A stretch of 55,136 bases of DNA, the filler included, from Porpidia crustulata (Eukaryota): assembly GCA_964255105.1 (NCBI GenBank). It is 2 parts of 2 records of this genome, joined end to end, with 100 filler letters (N's around TTAATTAATTAA, not from the genome) between each part and the next. Parts side by side here need not be neighbours in the genome. Positions count along the whole stretch, not along the records: positions 1 to 27,793 come from CAXUWE010000031.1; positions 27,894 to 55,136 come from CAXUWE010000032.1. One strand, 5' to 3'. Within the stretch, counting starts at the first letter, position 1. The number at the start of each line of letters is the position of its first letter. This document shows positions 16,201-28,801 of this stretch, piece by piece. The translations under genes were made by a program, and so were the position numbers. Below the pieces are notes generated by a model. It was not told the origin of the DNA. It ran no database searches and saw only the letters and a list, made by a program, of their open reading frames with translations.

Positions 16201-18421
16201 CTCTACACGAACCTTGGCAGTCTTTTCAAAGATATTGGGCAGCTGAATGCTGCCATCAAGATGTACGAAAAGGCCGTCGAGTGCGACGGTACTTTCGATA
16301 TAGCTTTGGCGAACCTAGCAAACGCCGTCAAGGATCAAGGCAGAATAAGTGATGCCATAGTCTATTATAGGCGAGCTGTCGCTTCAAACCCCGAATTCGC
16401 AGAGGCTGTTTGCGGGCTTGCGAATGCCCTCAACTCGGTCTGTAGTTGGCTTGGTCGTGGTGGCATTAGATATTGTGGAGGTAGACGGGATCGCTGGCAT
16501 GTCGATGAACGCGGTATGTTATACGACGCCCGAATGCCTCAATCCGCTAGTTTCGGTTGGATAGAGCGAGTTGTTGAGATCGTGGAGAAACAACTTCGTG
16601 AAGGAGAATCCTGGGGCAAAGGTGTCCTCCAGACCATCGATGTGGGACATCTCCTTCAGCAACTTGATAAGGCATACATTCTTCAGAATCAGAACAGTCA
16701 TACATCAATGCTGATGAGCAGAACATTGCAGGCATGGTCGGGACAGCCATGGGAAGGTGCTAAGGTAGTACGGCTGGTCGAACGTGCTACCAAACGGCTC
16801 GGCTGGCAAGCGTACTGGAGAAAAAGTATATACGGGGAGCCGTATCGTCCTAGCGATTACCCTCGCCCACAACTTCCGGCAGCCCTTGCAATCCCAGGTG
16901 CGCCTACCGTCCTACCATTCCATACCTTTACCTGTCCCCTCTCTGCAAAACAAATACGGAAAATCTCTCAGCGAAACGGTCTTAGAATATCTTGCACCAC
17001 ACTACGAGCCCCTTGGCTTTCAACTCAGATCTATGATCCCCCAGCCTCACCCAAACCCCACTTGAACGTGGGCTACGTGTCTTCAGACTTTAACAATCAT
17101 CCTTTAGCACACCTGATGCAGTCCGTTTTCGGCTTCCATAACCTTATGAGGGTCCGAGCCTTCTGCTATGCAACAACTGCGAGTGACGGGTCGGTGCATC
17201 GTCAACAGATTGAGCGTGAAGCACCAGTGTTCCTCGACGTCGCTTCCTGGTCGATTGACCGTTTAGTGAATCAAATTGTTGATGATGGGATTCATATTCT
17301 TGTAAATTTGAATGGCTATACTCGTGGTGCCAAGAATGAGGTATTTGCGGCACGTCCAGCGCCGATTCAAATGTCATTTATGGGTTTCGCTGGTACCCTC
17401 GGTGCGGAATGGTGCGATTATCTGTTAGCAGACAAGATTGCAGTACCACCTCAGACACTAAGGCCATGGCGGCGGAACGTTGACCTGGTAGACCAGACCA
17501 ATGACTGTAGTTATGGGGGCGATGAAGGCGATTGGGTTTACGGGGAAAACATCGTTTATACCAGGGACACTTTCTTTTGCTGTGATCATCGACAAAGTGC
17601 ACCTGACTCTCAGGAAGTACAACTGACTTGGCCAGAAGAACAGCGACGGCGTTGGAGAATGCGTAAAGAATTATTTCCAAATTTACCAAATGATACCATT
17701 ATCTTAGGCAACTTCAATCAGCTCTACAAGGTATTGTGTAATGTTCCTAAATTCACCGCATAGCGCTAATCTGTCGTTGCTCCAGATTGAGCCAACGACA
17801 TTTCGGACGTGGCTCCGCATTCTTTCACGAATACCGAAAGCAGTACTATGGCTACTCCGCTTTCCAGATCTTGGCGAAAGTCATCTGAAACAGACCGCCC
17901 TATTGTGGATTGGTCCTGAAGTTGCGTCTCGTATAATATTCACTGACGTTGCCCCAAAACATCAGCATATTGCTCGCGCGCGGGTCTGCGATCTATTTTT
18001 AGATACTCCAGAATGCAACGCTCACACTACTGCGGCGGACATCTTGTGGTCAGGGACTCCGTTGTTAACTTTGCCGAGATATGAGTACAAGATGTGTTCG
18101 AGAATGGCGGCTTCAATTCTGAGGGGGGCACTGCCGCAAACGGCCGAGGGCGACCGTGTCGCCGAAGAACTTACTGTTCGTAGTGATGAAGAGTACGAGG
18201 AGCGGGCGGTGGAATTGGGTAGTGATTTAGTATATACGTCGTACAGAGGGCAGGAAGGTCTCAGTAGAGGCAAACTTGCGGAGTTCCGGAAGCTCTTGTA
18301 TGAAAGCCGGTGGACCAGCGCGCTGTTCGACACGCGGCGCTGGGTGAGGGACTTGGAATCGGCTTACGAGGAGGCGTGGAATCGTTGGGTTGCCGGCGAA
18401 GGAGGTGACATTTGGTTGTGA
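13230..18421 (+). CDS. OGT: O-GlcNAc transferase (GT41 family) with TPRs and a long low-complexity N-terminus, ~1696 aa, exons 13230-15082, 15129-17730, 17786-18421
   Basis: TPR repeats (HLYTNLGSLFKDIG, ALANLANAVKDQG) and GT41 catalytic motifs VGYVSSDFNNHPLAHLM, ILVNLNGYTRGA, PAPIQMSFMGFAGT, GNFNQLYK|IEP, LFLDTPECNAHTTAADILWSGTP. Additional upstream exons cannot be excluded. Confidence 0.93.
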
Positions 18422-18926
18422 TCTATTTTTCTCACATTTAGCTTTGCGAAAATGGCAGAATCGGGGAATGGGCTCCAAAGTAGGAGTTCCGGAAACATAG
18501 GGAGGTACAAAAGGGATGGTTTGGCATAGCGAAGTGCTCGCTTTGCTGTCGCCAATGTGGATACTAGAATTTGATGGACCTAGTAGGCCAAGGTGGAATA
18601 TTACCAATTACCACTTAGAATAGGACGATCCTTTAGATCGCACTAGGTGGGAGCGAGTAAGTCTACCTCAGCAATGACGCACGGTGTGGTCTATAAGACT
18701 ACCGTCTCACCACTTATAGATACATTAAATAAAATCTGTGTATGCGAAGTATGGTATGCCGCTGATGATGTCCTTTCTTAGTAGGTTACCTGGTGTCGAT
18801 GAGTAATTCAAATGATCGTTATATGATCGATCTGAGCTTTGACGTAAACCTGAACTTGTGTAAATATAATTCCCATTATCCCCTCATCAACCCAAGCAAG
18901 ATCTCGCGTCGCTTCGAGCCAAAACT

Positions 18927-19360
18927 GTACATAGTAGATATTGAACTCGAACCGCAGATGAATGAACAAACGTATTCTTTAATTATCAATCTGATTGAAG
19001 TAAAAAATGGTTGAAGATTAATATGTCTCGTTCGTGATCGATTTAATTGGTGTTCGCTAAAACTTCTGATCGACACTTTCTTGATCTTGATTGCTTAAAT
19101 GATGCAATCATTGCGAAGATAGACAGCAAAAATCGTACATAGTAGATATCGAACTCGAAATGCAAAAATCGATACAGATGCGAATCGCAGATGAATGAAC
19201 AGTATTCTTTAATTATCAATCTGATTGAAGTAAAAGAACGTTTGAGATTAAGATGTCACGTTCGTGATCTACTTGACTAATGTTCGCTGAAACTTCTAAT
19301 CGACACTTTCTTGATCTTGATTGCTTGATTGATGAAATTATTGAGGGGGTAGGCAGCGGG
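18927..19360. repeat. Diverged tandem duplication of ~200-225 bp (copies ~18927-19130 and ~19135-19360)
   Basis: Shared blocks GTACATAGTAGATATYGAACTCGAA, GTATTCTTTAATTATCAATCTGATTGAAGTAAAA and ATCGACACTTTCTTGATCTTGATTGCTT occur in both copies. Confidence 0.9.
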
Positions 19361-22300
19361 TGAATAAAGGTTAGATAGGGTTGACGATTGCCGCTGGTGC
19401 CCGAAATTAGTAAATGGGTGGCTATGAGATCCCGGGGGTGGTGGTAGTATCATGTTTTAGCTATATTATCACCACCCTAATGACTGTTGATTTGCATCAC
19501 GACTTACCTGGCGATCTTCACCGGAGCGTGCGGAGGTAGCATCACAACCCCGTAGATTGAGTTTGTGAAACCATCATCGGCTCGCAGTGGCAGCCTACCC
19601 AGAGTCCACACTTAGAATAGTTCCTTAGCGTCTGCCTTCATCCGCCGATTCGTCGGGCTAATGTAGGTACGTAGCAACCATGGCTGGCGCGAAAATGGGT
19701 GCAATGCACGGGACTCAATCCGGCCATGTGTAGTGACCCAGAGGCAGAGGGAGGACGACATGGGAGACACGCAACACAATCTGATCAGGAATATTTGCAC
19801 ATCATTATTGCCGGATGCCACAATTTGGCTCCCATGGCTGCTGACTTGTGTGATTTCAATCGTATCCATGCTTGTTCATGATAATTACAACGACTCCGAA
19901 TGATGAGATGGTGCATCAAAGCACAGGCCACACACTGCTGGTTGCTCGGCGTCCGAAAGAACACAATTATCAGACGTAAAAGGGACGGCCGTTGTGACTT
20001 GGAGAGCGGCAAATAATTTTCATAGACCTTATTATGATTGGTTGTTGCCATCAGAACCTCGCTGTCTAGGGCGTTTCACCCTTGATCCGGTTAGATTTAT
20101 AACGTGTATTGAATTACAGCTACCGGTAGCATATATTCACTCGATCGAGCCGTTGCCCTCGGTAAATGGTCCGTAACGCGAATACTACAATTCGAGTCCC
20201 CAGAGTTTTAAACACGCAAGCCATCCCAAAAGCCCAACCAAGCCTATGGACCCGCTGGCCAGGATCTCGCCCAAGTAAGACGTCAACTCATCAAGCCACT
20301 CGATCCGTCCTTTCCACCTGCTGCATGAACGGCACACCGGCCCCACGCTCCAAGGCTCAAAACATCATCGTGGCAGGTCCGTTTGTCGCACGCGAGGCCA
20401 GAATCAGGCATATCTAGCGAGAGCCAAACAGCAAAATGTCAACTATGCCAGCAATCATGCCAATGCCAATTTGTCCAAATGCAGCATGCAGCTGCCATGC
20501 TTCTGAAGTCACTGCAATGCAGGATTCCATCATGTAACTTCGCAACGTCAGAGCGTCGGCTGCATCCTTGACCCCATCTGTTTTCCGCGAACCGATACAT
20601 CCTTCAGCCTTGCGATGGTTCGCTGCATAGCTCGTTGGATTGGGATCTGGGAATAACAATACTGACTGAATAATAATGCGAAAGCTCGGTAGTCGTGAAA
20701 CGATGGCTGCACAAACCATGCTTCGTAATCCCAATCCTTCATCCTTGCATGCTTGACAAATCGATCCTGCAGTGCAAAGCATGAATTGTGCCCTTGTTGG
20801 GTCCCTTGAAATTGGACAAGGTTCCTTCATACTGGAGTACATGGTAGACCATGACGATCGGTGACTTGCCGTTGATTTCTATTGGCTCAAACGGCTTCCT
20901 GCCTCACCGTTACGCTTCGACCTGCGGGCCCTGCGGGAGGTTTCGCAACTGTCGGTAAAATGTCAGAAACCTGAGCTTCCGAGGCGATTGAGAGCGATGA
21001 CAAGTAACATGTCCGTAATTTCATTGGGACAAGCCTCGAAGCCGACAAGCTCTAAATTATGTCGTTTGAAAAGCAAATCATTTGGCTGTCAATCCTGGGT
21101 TGCAGAAGAAGGGTCTACGACGGCTAAGGAGAGGCCATTCGTCGGATTAAGAAGTCAAGATTGCAGCCCCCTGAGAATCTGATCCGCTGTCCGATCCTAG
21201 CGCCATCATACAGAACGCTAAAGCACAAGAGAGGCAGCTTAGGCTTCGTTAGCATTGCGGTTATACGGCCGAAAAGGCAGATCCCCAAGTTTTAGGCCCT
21301 CAACCCCCAGTCTGCAAGACCACGAGTCCCTTTTCCGCTTATGCACGTACAGGCATGATTCGCCGATTACTTTTAGTATTCTCATTATAGTTTTATTTCC
21401 ATTTCGCACATGCTCGGTTGAACGGTACTACAGCACAATCATAATTCTACTTGCAAGCTTTGCTTATCTGGGTAGTAGGTAGTATCAGTACCTGGTCCTT
21501 TCGTTTGTCGAGTGATCACGAAATGGGTTCCAGCCAAGCCCCTTTTTGCAAAATTACTACGTAGGTGCCCAAAGCGATTTCGCGTCTTAATGTCTGAGCA
21601 TCATAATATAATTATCAATTCTATACACATTTGCAAAGCTTCCTCGACCAGTACTATAAGTGAGTATCCGAGACGCGAAACAGGAGTCGCCTTCTTCTCG
21701 ATGGATATCCGCCCTGAGGCATTTGGCGTTGGGTATTTAGTGACATCCTCTCTTCGTGCTAGTTGCAAACGTGGAGCTCAATCACATGGGAAATGTGGAG
21801 AAAACCACTCAGTCAACTAATAGGTACGCTCTCTATACTCTAAACGTGGAAGAACAACTAGTGCGACTGCTAGCGAGGCAGTGTCTTGGAATAGATGAGC
21901 TGGTATGAGATAGATGGATCCTTATTCATCTTCCCCGCGATGCCAGTTGCAACTCGCAAACCGTAAAGCATGTGGACGATATGACGACTTGAAGAGGTGG
22001 AAGGAGTGGTAGCGCCTATCGTGTGCAGACTGCAACGTCAATCTAAAGAGCCACCAGAGCGTGCTACACACCTACTCGATAGGCACTAATCCGTACGTGA
22101 CTTTCCTACCTACAATCTTAGTCGATGCATGCTATTCGCCGTACATGCGCCCCTGCAGCAAGTCACGGATTTCCGGGTCAAAGAGGGATCTCACTTCCCT
22201 CCTTTCCAGCACGATGACTCGCCGGCGAAAAAGCGTTTTGCTTGTGCACCTGTGCATGCATGATCTGAGACTGCCAGCTTGCGAGTCGCAAATTCGGAAG

Positions 22301-23139
22301 GGGGGCCCAGACGATTCGATTTGTATCCCAGCGCCAAGGTTCACTGGCCGAAAGGCATTAGACGTGCTGCCCTAGCTCAAGCCATTGTGTATCCGGGGCT
22401 GGCTGAACTCTGAACGTGCGTTTGTGCACTTCCAACTTCCACCAGCACTTCACAACTCGTTCTTGCTCGCCACTACGTTATGGACTTGATACTCTGTACC
22501 GTATACTACGAGACTATTAACGCAGAGATAGATTACGTTGCTACTTTTGATTGATTAAATATCGAGGAGCAAGTCGTCAGTCGGCGCGCAATGCTCCTGC
22601 TCATTGCCTTAATCATTAACACTTGGACAACTTGTCCTTACCCGACCCTCAATATATCGTAACCAAGTGGGATTGGAACAAGACTTGAATACTGGTCGGG
22701 GACGATTAAGAAAATATTGTCGTACTAAGAGTAGCATTGATTAGAGCAGGTTCGGAGTACTACATACAAAGTTGTGAAATCCAATCACTGGTTCGGCTCA
22801 GCTCACTCCAGCTCAGCTGAACATGAACCCGCAGCAACCAACAAATAAGCCTCTGAGTAGTAAATGCTGGTTTCTGACGAGGATCTTTTCATGAGGTGCA
22901 TCTCCACTCCACGAGGCAATGCTAAATCTACGGTCGGTTCCGTGCGAGGAAGACCGGTGGTGATAATGCGAGAAGCAACCTGAAGCAACTCCGTTGATAC
23001 TATCATCATCATTCTATTGCAATACCCCACGGATAGGAGACATTTCATCATCATCTGTCAACCTAGCACCGTTGTCCTTACTTCCCCCTACGTGCTTCCC
23101 TGGTTTGGTATCCGTAACCTGCTCCTAATACAACTACGA

Positions 23140-24360
23140 GGTACTTCAAGGTACCTTGCCTCGAGGGCTGAGATTCCGAATAAAATACGTTTTATTACAT
23201 AGCATTAGCATGACCAATAGTCATAATACCCGCAAAGGCAGTAATGCAGTAGTAGTACCTACCTAGTGACCAGTATCGATCTGACAGTTATTTGAGTTTT
23301 GACCCGCAACGGGCTCTATACGACCCACCTTTTGCATCCCTACCGCACATCATCTCATCGGCTTCGTTCAGCTTATCAACTAGCTATTATCGACTAAGTA
23401 CCTTGCATCACCTTGCTCAGGTTTACCAAGCACCTAGTGCGCTTGTGCAGCACGGTCACGATGATAGTAGGAAGGGAGAATAAGGTAAGAACGGGGATCG
23501 CGGAGAAAGAATAGGATACGGTGGCATCGTTAGTAGTGAGTACTTTGCCTCAAGCGTCGACCTGGCCTTGCGACCAAGTACTCATTCGTATGGTCCACTG
23601 GTCGTACCATTGCTATTTGCCAATAGCCATTTACCAAGTACTCCCTACCACGCTATCCGTACCCTAGTGCATTTAATTCAAAGCAGATCTGGATCCGGAC
23701 TACCGCTGGGGTGGTCTATGCTCGACTGGTACAAGACCAGCGCCCCAATCACGCCCATGTTTCCCAAACGAGCAATGTGCCATCGACGCCTCTGTCCAGT
23801 CTGGGTGCTGGAGAAAAGAGGGCGAGTGAGTTTAACTTGGCGATACAAACGCCCCCATTGCCTGTTCTGCGCTGTTCAGATCCGCCCTCGTCCATGCCGC
23901 CTTCTGTTCTTGGGGCTCTTGACCCTTTTCGGACCAAACACACTTTACTAGTGCAGTGATAATCCTTGTCGACCCAACCTAACGTGCACGATCTCAGATC
24001 TGGTTCCCAAATGTCATGACCAAGTACGGTACTGTACCCACTCAAGCCACCTACTTCCCTCAACCCTGCTCCCCCGTACTTGCCTTCCTTACTTACCCTG
24101 TCTTACCTTAACCTACTATGTACTTCTTCACTTCCTGGGTCACTTCCGTTTCTGTCCCCACCTTTCCATACAACCGCGCCGTCTCAAATCCGCCGCTACC
24201 TATCTACTTACCTACTATCTACCTTACCTTACCACTGACCTACTTTACCTACCTACTCGATCTCACGCACACACTTTCCCTCTTTTGTCTCACCTTCCGA
24301 TACATATGTAGTTATTGCTGTTATTTCTCACCATCTTGGCACACCTGACTCTTCCTTCCC
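23140..24360 (+). promoter_or_regulatory. Upstream/5' leader region of the Myb gene with repeated ACCAAGTAC motifs and a pyrimidine-rich (TACC/TTACC) tract
   Basis: ACCAAGTAC at 23573, 23633 and 24019. CT-rich tract ~24050-24360, typical of fungal TSS regions. A possible 5'UTR acceptor CTCACAG ends at 24607. Confidence 0.45.
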
Positions 24361-24630
24361 ATCTTTATCTACCGAGTAGACACAAAGAAACCATCATCAG
24401 AACACAATTATCTATCCAATAGTTGTATGCACAGAGTCGCAATTGGCATATCTTAATTATCATAGTATGCATTTATTCCACTGATAAACCACTTGTACGT
24501 TCATTTCACTGATCTTTATCGCAGTACCTCTTATTGTACTTGCCCGGAAAACCCCAGCTTTAATTCCTTCGACTGCTGCTTCAGTAAGAAATACCAGTAG
24601 CTCACAGGTTGGGTTTTGAGTTCAACGAGA

Positions 24631-25530
24631 ATGGGCTCTCACAAACGAGGACCATGGTCGCAAGGCGAGGATGGCTATCTTCTCCAGCTTGTTCAAACTC
24701 AAGGTGCACACAATTGGGTCCGAATATCCCAAATGATTGGCACCCGGTCTCCGAAGCAGTGCAGAGAGAGATTTCATCAGAATCTAAAACCAACCTTGAA
24801 TCATGATCCCATCACTCCAGAGGAAGGCGCCGTTATTGAGAGACTCGTCGGCGAAATGGGGAAACGCTGGGCAGAGATTGCACGCCGCTTGCGAGGCCGG
24901 AGCGATAATGCCGTAAAGAACTGGTGGAATGGTGGGATGAACCGTCGACGTCGTATCGTGGTCCGTCGAGATGGAAGCTCATACTGTGGGCACAACTTCG
25001 ATGAGAACACGCACACGCTTTCTTACGCCAGACCAATCCCGAGTACAATGCCGCGGACGGTCGAGAATATTACAATCTCATCGTCTCAATGCCGAATTGA
25101 AGCGCCAATGGTATCACCCGCCGCCTCGGAGATATCGATGGCGGATTCCATCGGGGAAGCTCCTTCTCTTGTATCAGACTCCAGTTCCCGTATTTCAGCA
25201 TCTCCGAACGTCCCCCGGATGACAATGAGGCTTCCGCCCCCACATACCCCTCGAGTGAATTCATATGGACCGACCCTTCCAAGCATTCACTTTCGTGGAA
25301 GCGACACGACCTACAACGGCACGTCTCCGCACATGAGGGAGCAACGACTATTCCAATTCGCCGACGTTGCGACTAGTACTTCCTCCGATATCTACTATCC
25401 TCCTCAACCCAAACAATCCTCTCAGACTCAGTTCCAGCTTCCGCCGTTCCAGTCTCTCCTAAGCGGGCCTGACCGCTCGATCCACACCCCCACTAGAGCA
25501 AAAATGAGTGTATCTGCCATCCTAGACTGA
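24631..25530 (+). CDS. flbD: Two-repeat Myb transcription factor, FlbD/Rca-1 type (299 aa)
   Basis: HKRGPWSQGED...NWVRISQMIGTRSPKQCRERFHQNLKPTLNHDPITPEEG...WAEIARRLRGRSDNAVKNWWNGGMNRRRR closely matches the FlbD Myb repeats. C-terminus is KMSVSAILD. First ATG is at 24631 (the ORF track starts at an upstream TTG). Confidence 0.88.
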   Translation: MGSHKRGPWSQGEDGYLLQLVQTQGAHNWVRISQMIGTRSPKQCRERFHQNLKPTLNHDPITPEEGAVIERLVGEMGKRWAEIARRLRGRSDNAVKNWWNGGMNRRRRIVVRRDGSSYCGHNFDENTHTLSYARPIPSTMPRTVENITISSSQCRIEAPMVSPAASEISMADSIGEAPSLVSDSSSRISASPNVPRMTMRLPPPHTPRVNSYGPTLPSIHFRGSDTTYNGTSPHMREQRLFQFADVATSTSSDIYYPPQPKQSSQTQFQLPPFQSLLSGPDRSIHTPTRAKMSVSAILD

Positions 25531-27793
25531 TACAACGATCCTGGGGACGTTTCTCACCCTCTTCTTCATCTACCGGACTGCGTACATTGCGACGGTCTAA
25601 TCCGTTATGTTCAATGCAATTGTAGGGCATCAAGGCTCCTACACGGTGTATCCTTTACTTTACGTTTAATACCCATCTACAGTAGGCGTCGCCATTACCT
25701 TTGACTTAAGCGGGCGTTTCAGTTGGTCTCTTGGGAAGGTTGGGGTAGTGCTTCGACATCAATTCATTTGTGAGATCCGAAATTGTCTATCCTCTCCCTT
25801 GACATGATTAGCTACTGGAACACAACAGGGGCTTATGCTGGTGATGACCTCTGGAACTCACTGGTATATTCTACGTATCAATCCTTCCGGTTCGTTGGTG
25901 TTATCCAAATAGCGTAGAGGCTTAGCGGCGTTGTGCATGACATAGGTATTTCCTGGCGGTGCTCCCGTTCGTTTACACAAGGCAGCATCGATGTCACAGT
26001 GTCATTTTTGATAATAATGTCTATATTCAATTGCCCATGGATTCTAAGTCTGTACACAATCTACTTTACTATCCGAGACGTGCTTGATTGCGGGCGAACT
26101 GCTGTCAGTGACGCGAAAATATTCTTCGTACACCACCAAAGCCCCGAATCGAGACACAGTATGCGGCTGTCGCTCCCTTTCAAGGATGCAGCGCGCTTGA
26201 GGTAACAATGGGTCGACAAGCCATAGAAGAGACTCGGATTCTGTCTTGGTGTCCGCGTTTCTACAGTCGCGACAACACAAGAGATCTAGGCTGATCCCGT
26301 CTCTACATACAGGACATGAGCATGCCTTTCAAAAACTATATCAAAGATCATCGCATTATTCAGATATAAACTAATGGTCGGGTGCGATGGCTCCTCGAAT
26401 ATCAGAACAGCCTGTATACTGAGGTACTGTGGGACTATTGGAGCTGCCTGGATTAGAGATCGTGCGGTGATGGATGCCCTTTGCCCGCTATTGCCTCGAC
26501 TACAATGTTGCGTTGCATTTTTGCTGCCATTGACTTTGCTTATTCAACGACCAAAGGCGATCTCGGTGATGAGTCATGACCGGCTAGTGCGGTATCACCA
26601 GGCTAGCGGTGGACATTGCTGCATAAAACTGGCAAGTAATGGGCGGAGACGAAGTGGTGCGCCAATGATTCCACTCTCTCTAAATCGCTCAAGCTTGCCG
26701 GAGTCTGTTGAATCTAGTACCATGGACGGAACAAGCGGGACCAATTTCGCATGGCGACCCATTGGATGACCATGGTGAGGCTCGTCACTTTGCGTTTGCC
26801 AGTGCATACAGTACACCAGCGAATCAGATTTCGACATGCCTCGGGTGTCTGTCGAAATGGCAACGATTCCACCGCACTGTCATGATGAGGGCCCCATGAG
26901 GATTCAGACCTAGTGCGACAGAATTCTTCCAAACGCTCGAGTCTGTAAACACTGAAGTGTGCTAGTCTGCAATAGTCTTGCTCAACGTGAGAGTACCATG
27001 GTTTCAACAATTTAATCCGGGTGATGCGGATTTTGCGCAGATAGCTCATACAACACTGTTCGTAAATCACTGGAATTACGTATACTTAAACACCATCGAC
27101 GCCCCACAGGCTCCGTAAGACTGCCCACCATTGTGTTATTTCTCTTCCCCTTGATCGGTCGACAAGCCTGGTCATGTGATCCGCGAAGTCGCATCACATG
27201 GCTCTTTAGCCGATTCAGAACAACCTCCGATCACACGGGGGAAAGGACACGGAAGCCTCAGCCTAATATCCACGGTCCATCAATGCCTAGACGTTATCGT
27301 TGACGCGCTTTAATTGATTTGGACGGTTTTCCGGGGCCAAATGGGAGTGGTCGACGTCGGCGTTTCCGTCGCTGCGTCCTCCGAACCGTAAAATCCGTAA
27401 AATGCAAGCCGTTGCTGCCGCAAGCCTTCTCCACCGACAAATTTTATTACACTGTAAAATCCCACGGTCCAATATCCCGTAAGGAAGATTTTCTCCGTCA
27501 TTGCTTGCCTCCCCCCCCGGGCCCCTTCCGATATCGTCCGAAACCCCTTTCCGTGGAAAACGAAGCGGCGGCGCGGAACGTTGCCAAGGATCTAGCACGT
27601 TGACCTTGCACTATCCTAGCGAGATCTGACAGAGTGCTGCATCGGAGATCGCCGGGATTGGGCTAAGCGCGGGATCTTAGATAAGGCGCCGACGCTAAGA
27701 CGGAAGGGGCGGTTTGCGCCCGCGATATGTTACGGCTGCAGCGCTGCAATTGACGGATTTGGGTATTTAGAGATCTTTGGTGATTTATTGAGG

Positions 27794-27893
27794 NNNNNNN
27801 NNNNNNNNNNNNNNNNNNNNNNNNNNNNNNNNNNNNNTTAATTAATTAANNNNNNNNNNNNNNNNNNNNNNNNNNNNNNNNNNNNNNNNNNNN
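27794..27893. other. Assembly gap with artificial linker (N44-TTAATTAATTAA-N44)
   Basis: TTAATTAATTAA at 27838-27849 sits between N runs. This is a six-frame-stop spacer used when concatenating contigs. Confidence 0.9.
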
Positions 27894-28801
27894 ATCCAAG
27901 ACTACCGTACCTTAAATAATTTAAGCCCAGTCGACCATCCGCAAACCTAACACCATATCATTTCCCCCTATTTTTCATTTCCGCGGCCAAGTTTCAAGAC
28001 CCCCGAAAACCCCAACTAATCCCTCCTTCAATCAGCCCCTCAATCCCGCCGAAAACCCTTCCACTACCCTCCAAGAATTATCCCCTCAGCAACTCCAATA
28101 TACATTCCTTTCGTAAAATATTTCTATCATATCTAGCTCATACCCCTAGTATCTCACTCCCTACTCTCCAGCTCGTACCTCCCTATCAAAGAATCTACCT
28201 ACAATGCATCTTTTCAATTGATGATTGGTTGGATATGCATCTCGATCTTAAAACAAGGATGTGTGATGATGGATTTGTGTGTCCTGGGGTTTTTCGTGGA
28301 AGATTGTTTGAAGATAGGGGTGGTGGATAGGTGTTTGATGGAGGTGCGTGTGAGAATATGGTCTTGAGAGATGAGAGAGTTCGTGGAGAAGGAGGAGGTT
28401 TTGTATGTCGTGGCTGTTACTGTTGTGTAATTTTGGTTGGGATTGCGTTTTTAGGGATGAGGTTAAGCTTGGTTTTTATGTTTGATGGTTTTTGTGGATA
28501 TTGGGGGATTTGTATTTGATCTCATAGACTGGTTTGAGGGGGTTGAGGGGTTATAGAGATAGGCAGATGGAATTGGAATTGACAATGGCGGTTTTCCTTG
28601 CGCGACTCGTTGGCTGTGGGCAATGGAGATCATGGAAGTAGAAATTGCAAATTTGAGTGTTGGAGCTACTGTATCAGATCACAGTTTTTGTTTGCGTTGA
28701 TTGTATTAGTGTGCAAAGTAGCAAGCGTAATCTTCTCGCTACATCGATTTTTCTGGAGCGGCGCACACACTTGGCCCTATTAACGAATCAACACCTTATG
28801 A

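Noticed and set aside
18762..18837. Possible C/D-box snoRNA (CTGATGA...CTGA)
   Set aside because: Imperfect C box, no convincing terminal stem and no recognisable rRNA-complementary guide.
19502..19660. ACTTACCTGG resembling the 5' end of U1 snRNA
   Set aside because: No GATCANGAAG loop I, ATTGCAC loop II or Sm site at the expected distances. Better explained as a minus-strand CAG|GTAAGT splice donor.
19600..23100. Many short overlapping ORFs upstream of flbD (also 25900-27700)
   Set aside because: No domain signatures or consistent splice structure; treated as intergenic/regulatory DNA.
27894..28560. C-rich to G/T-rich skew switch suggesting a large inverted repeat
   Set aside because: No extended base-level complementarity found; low-complexity sequence next to a contig end.
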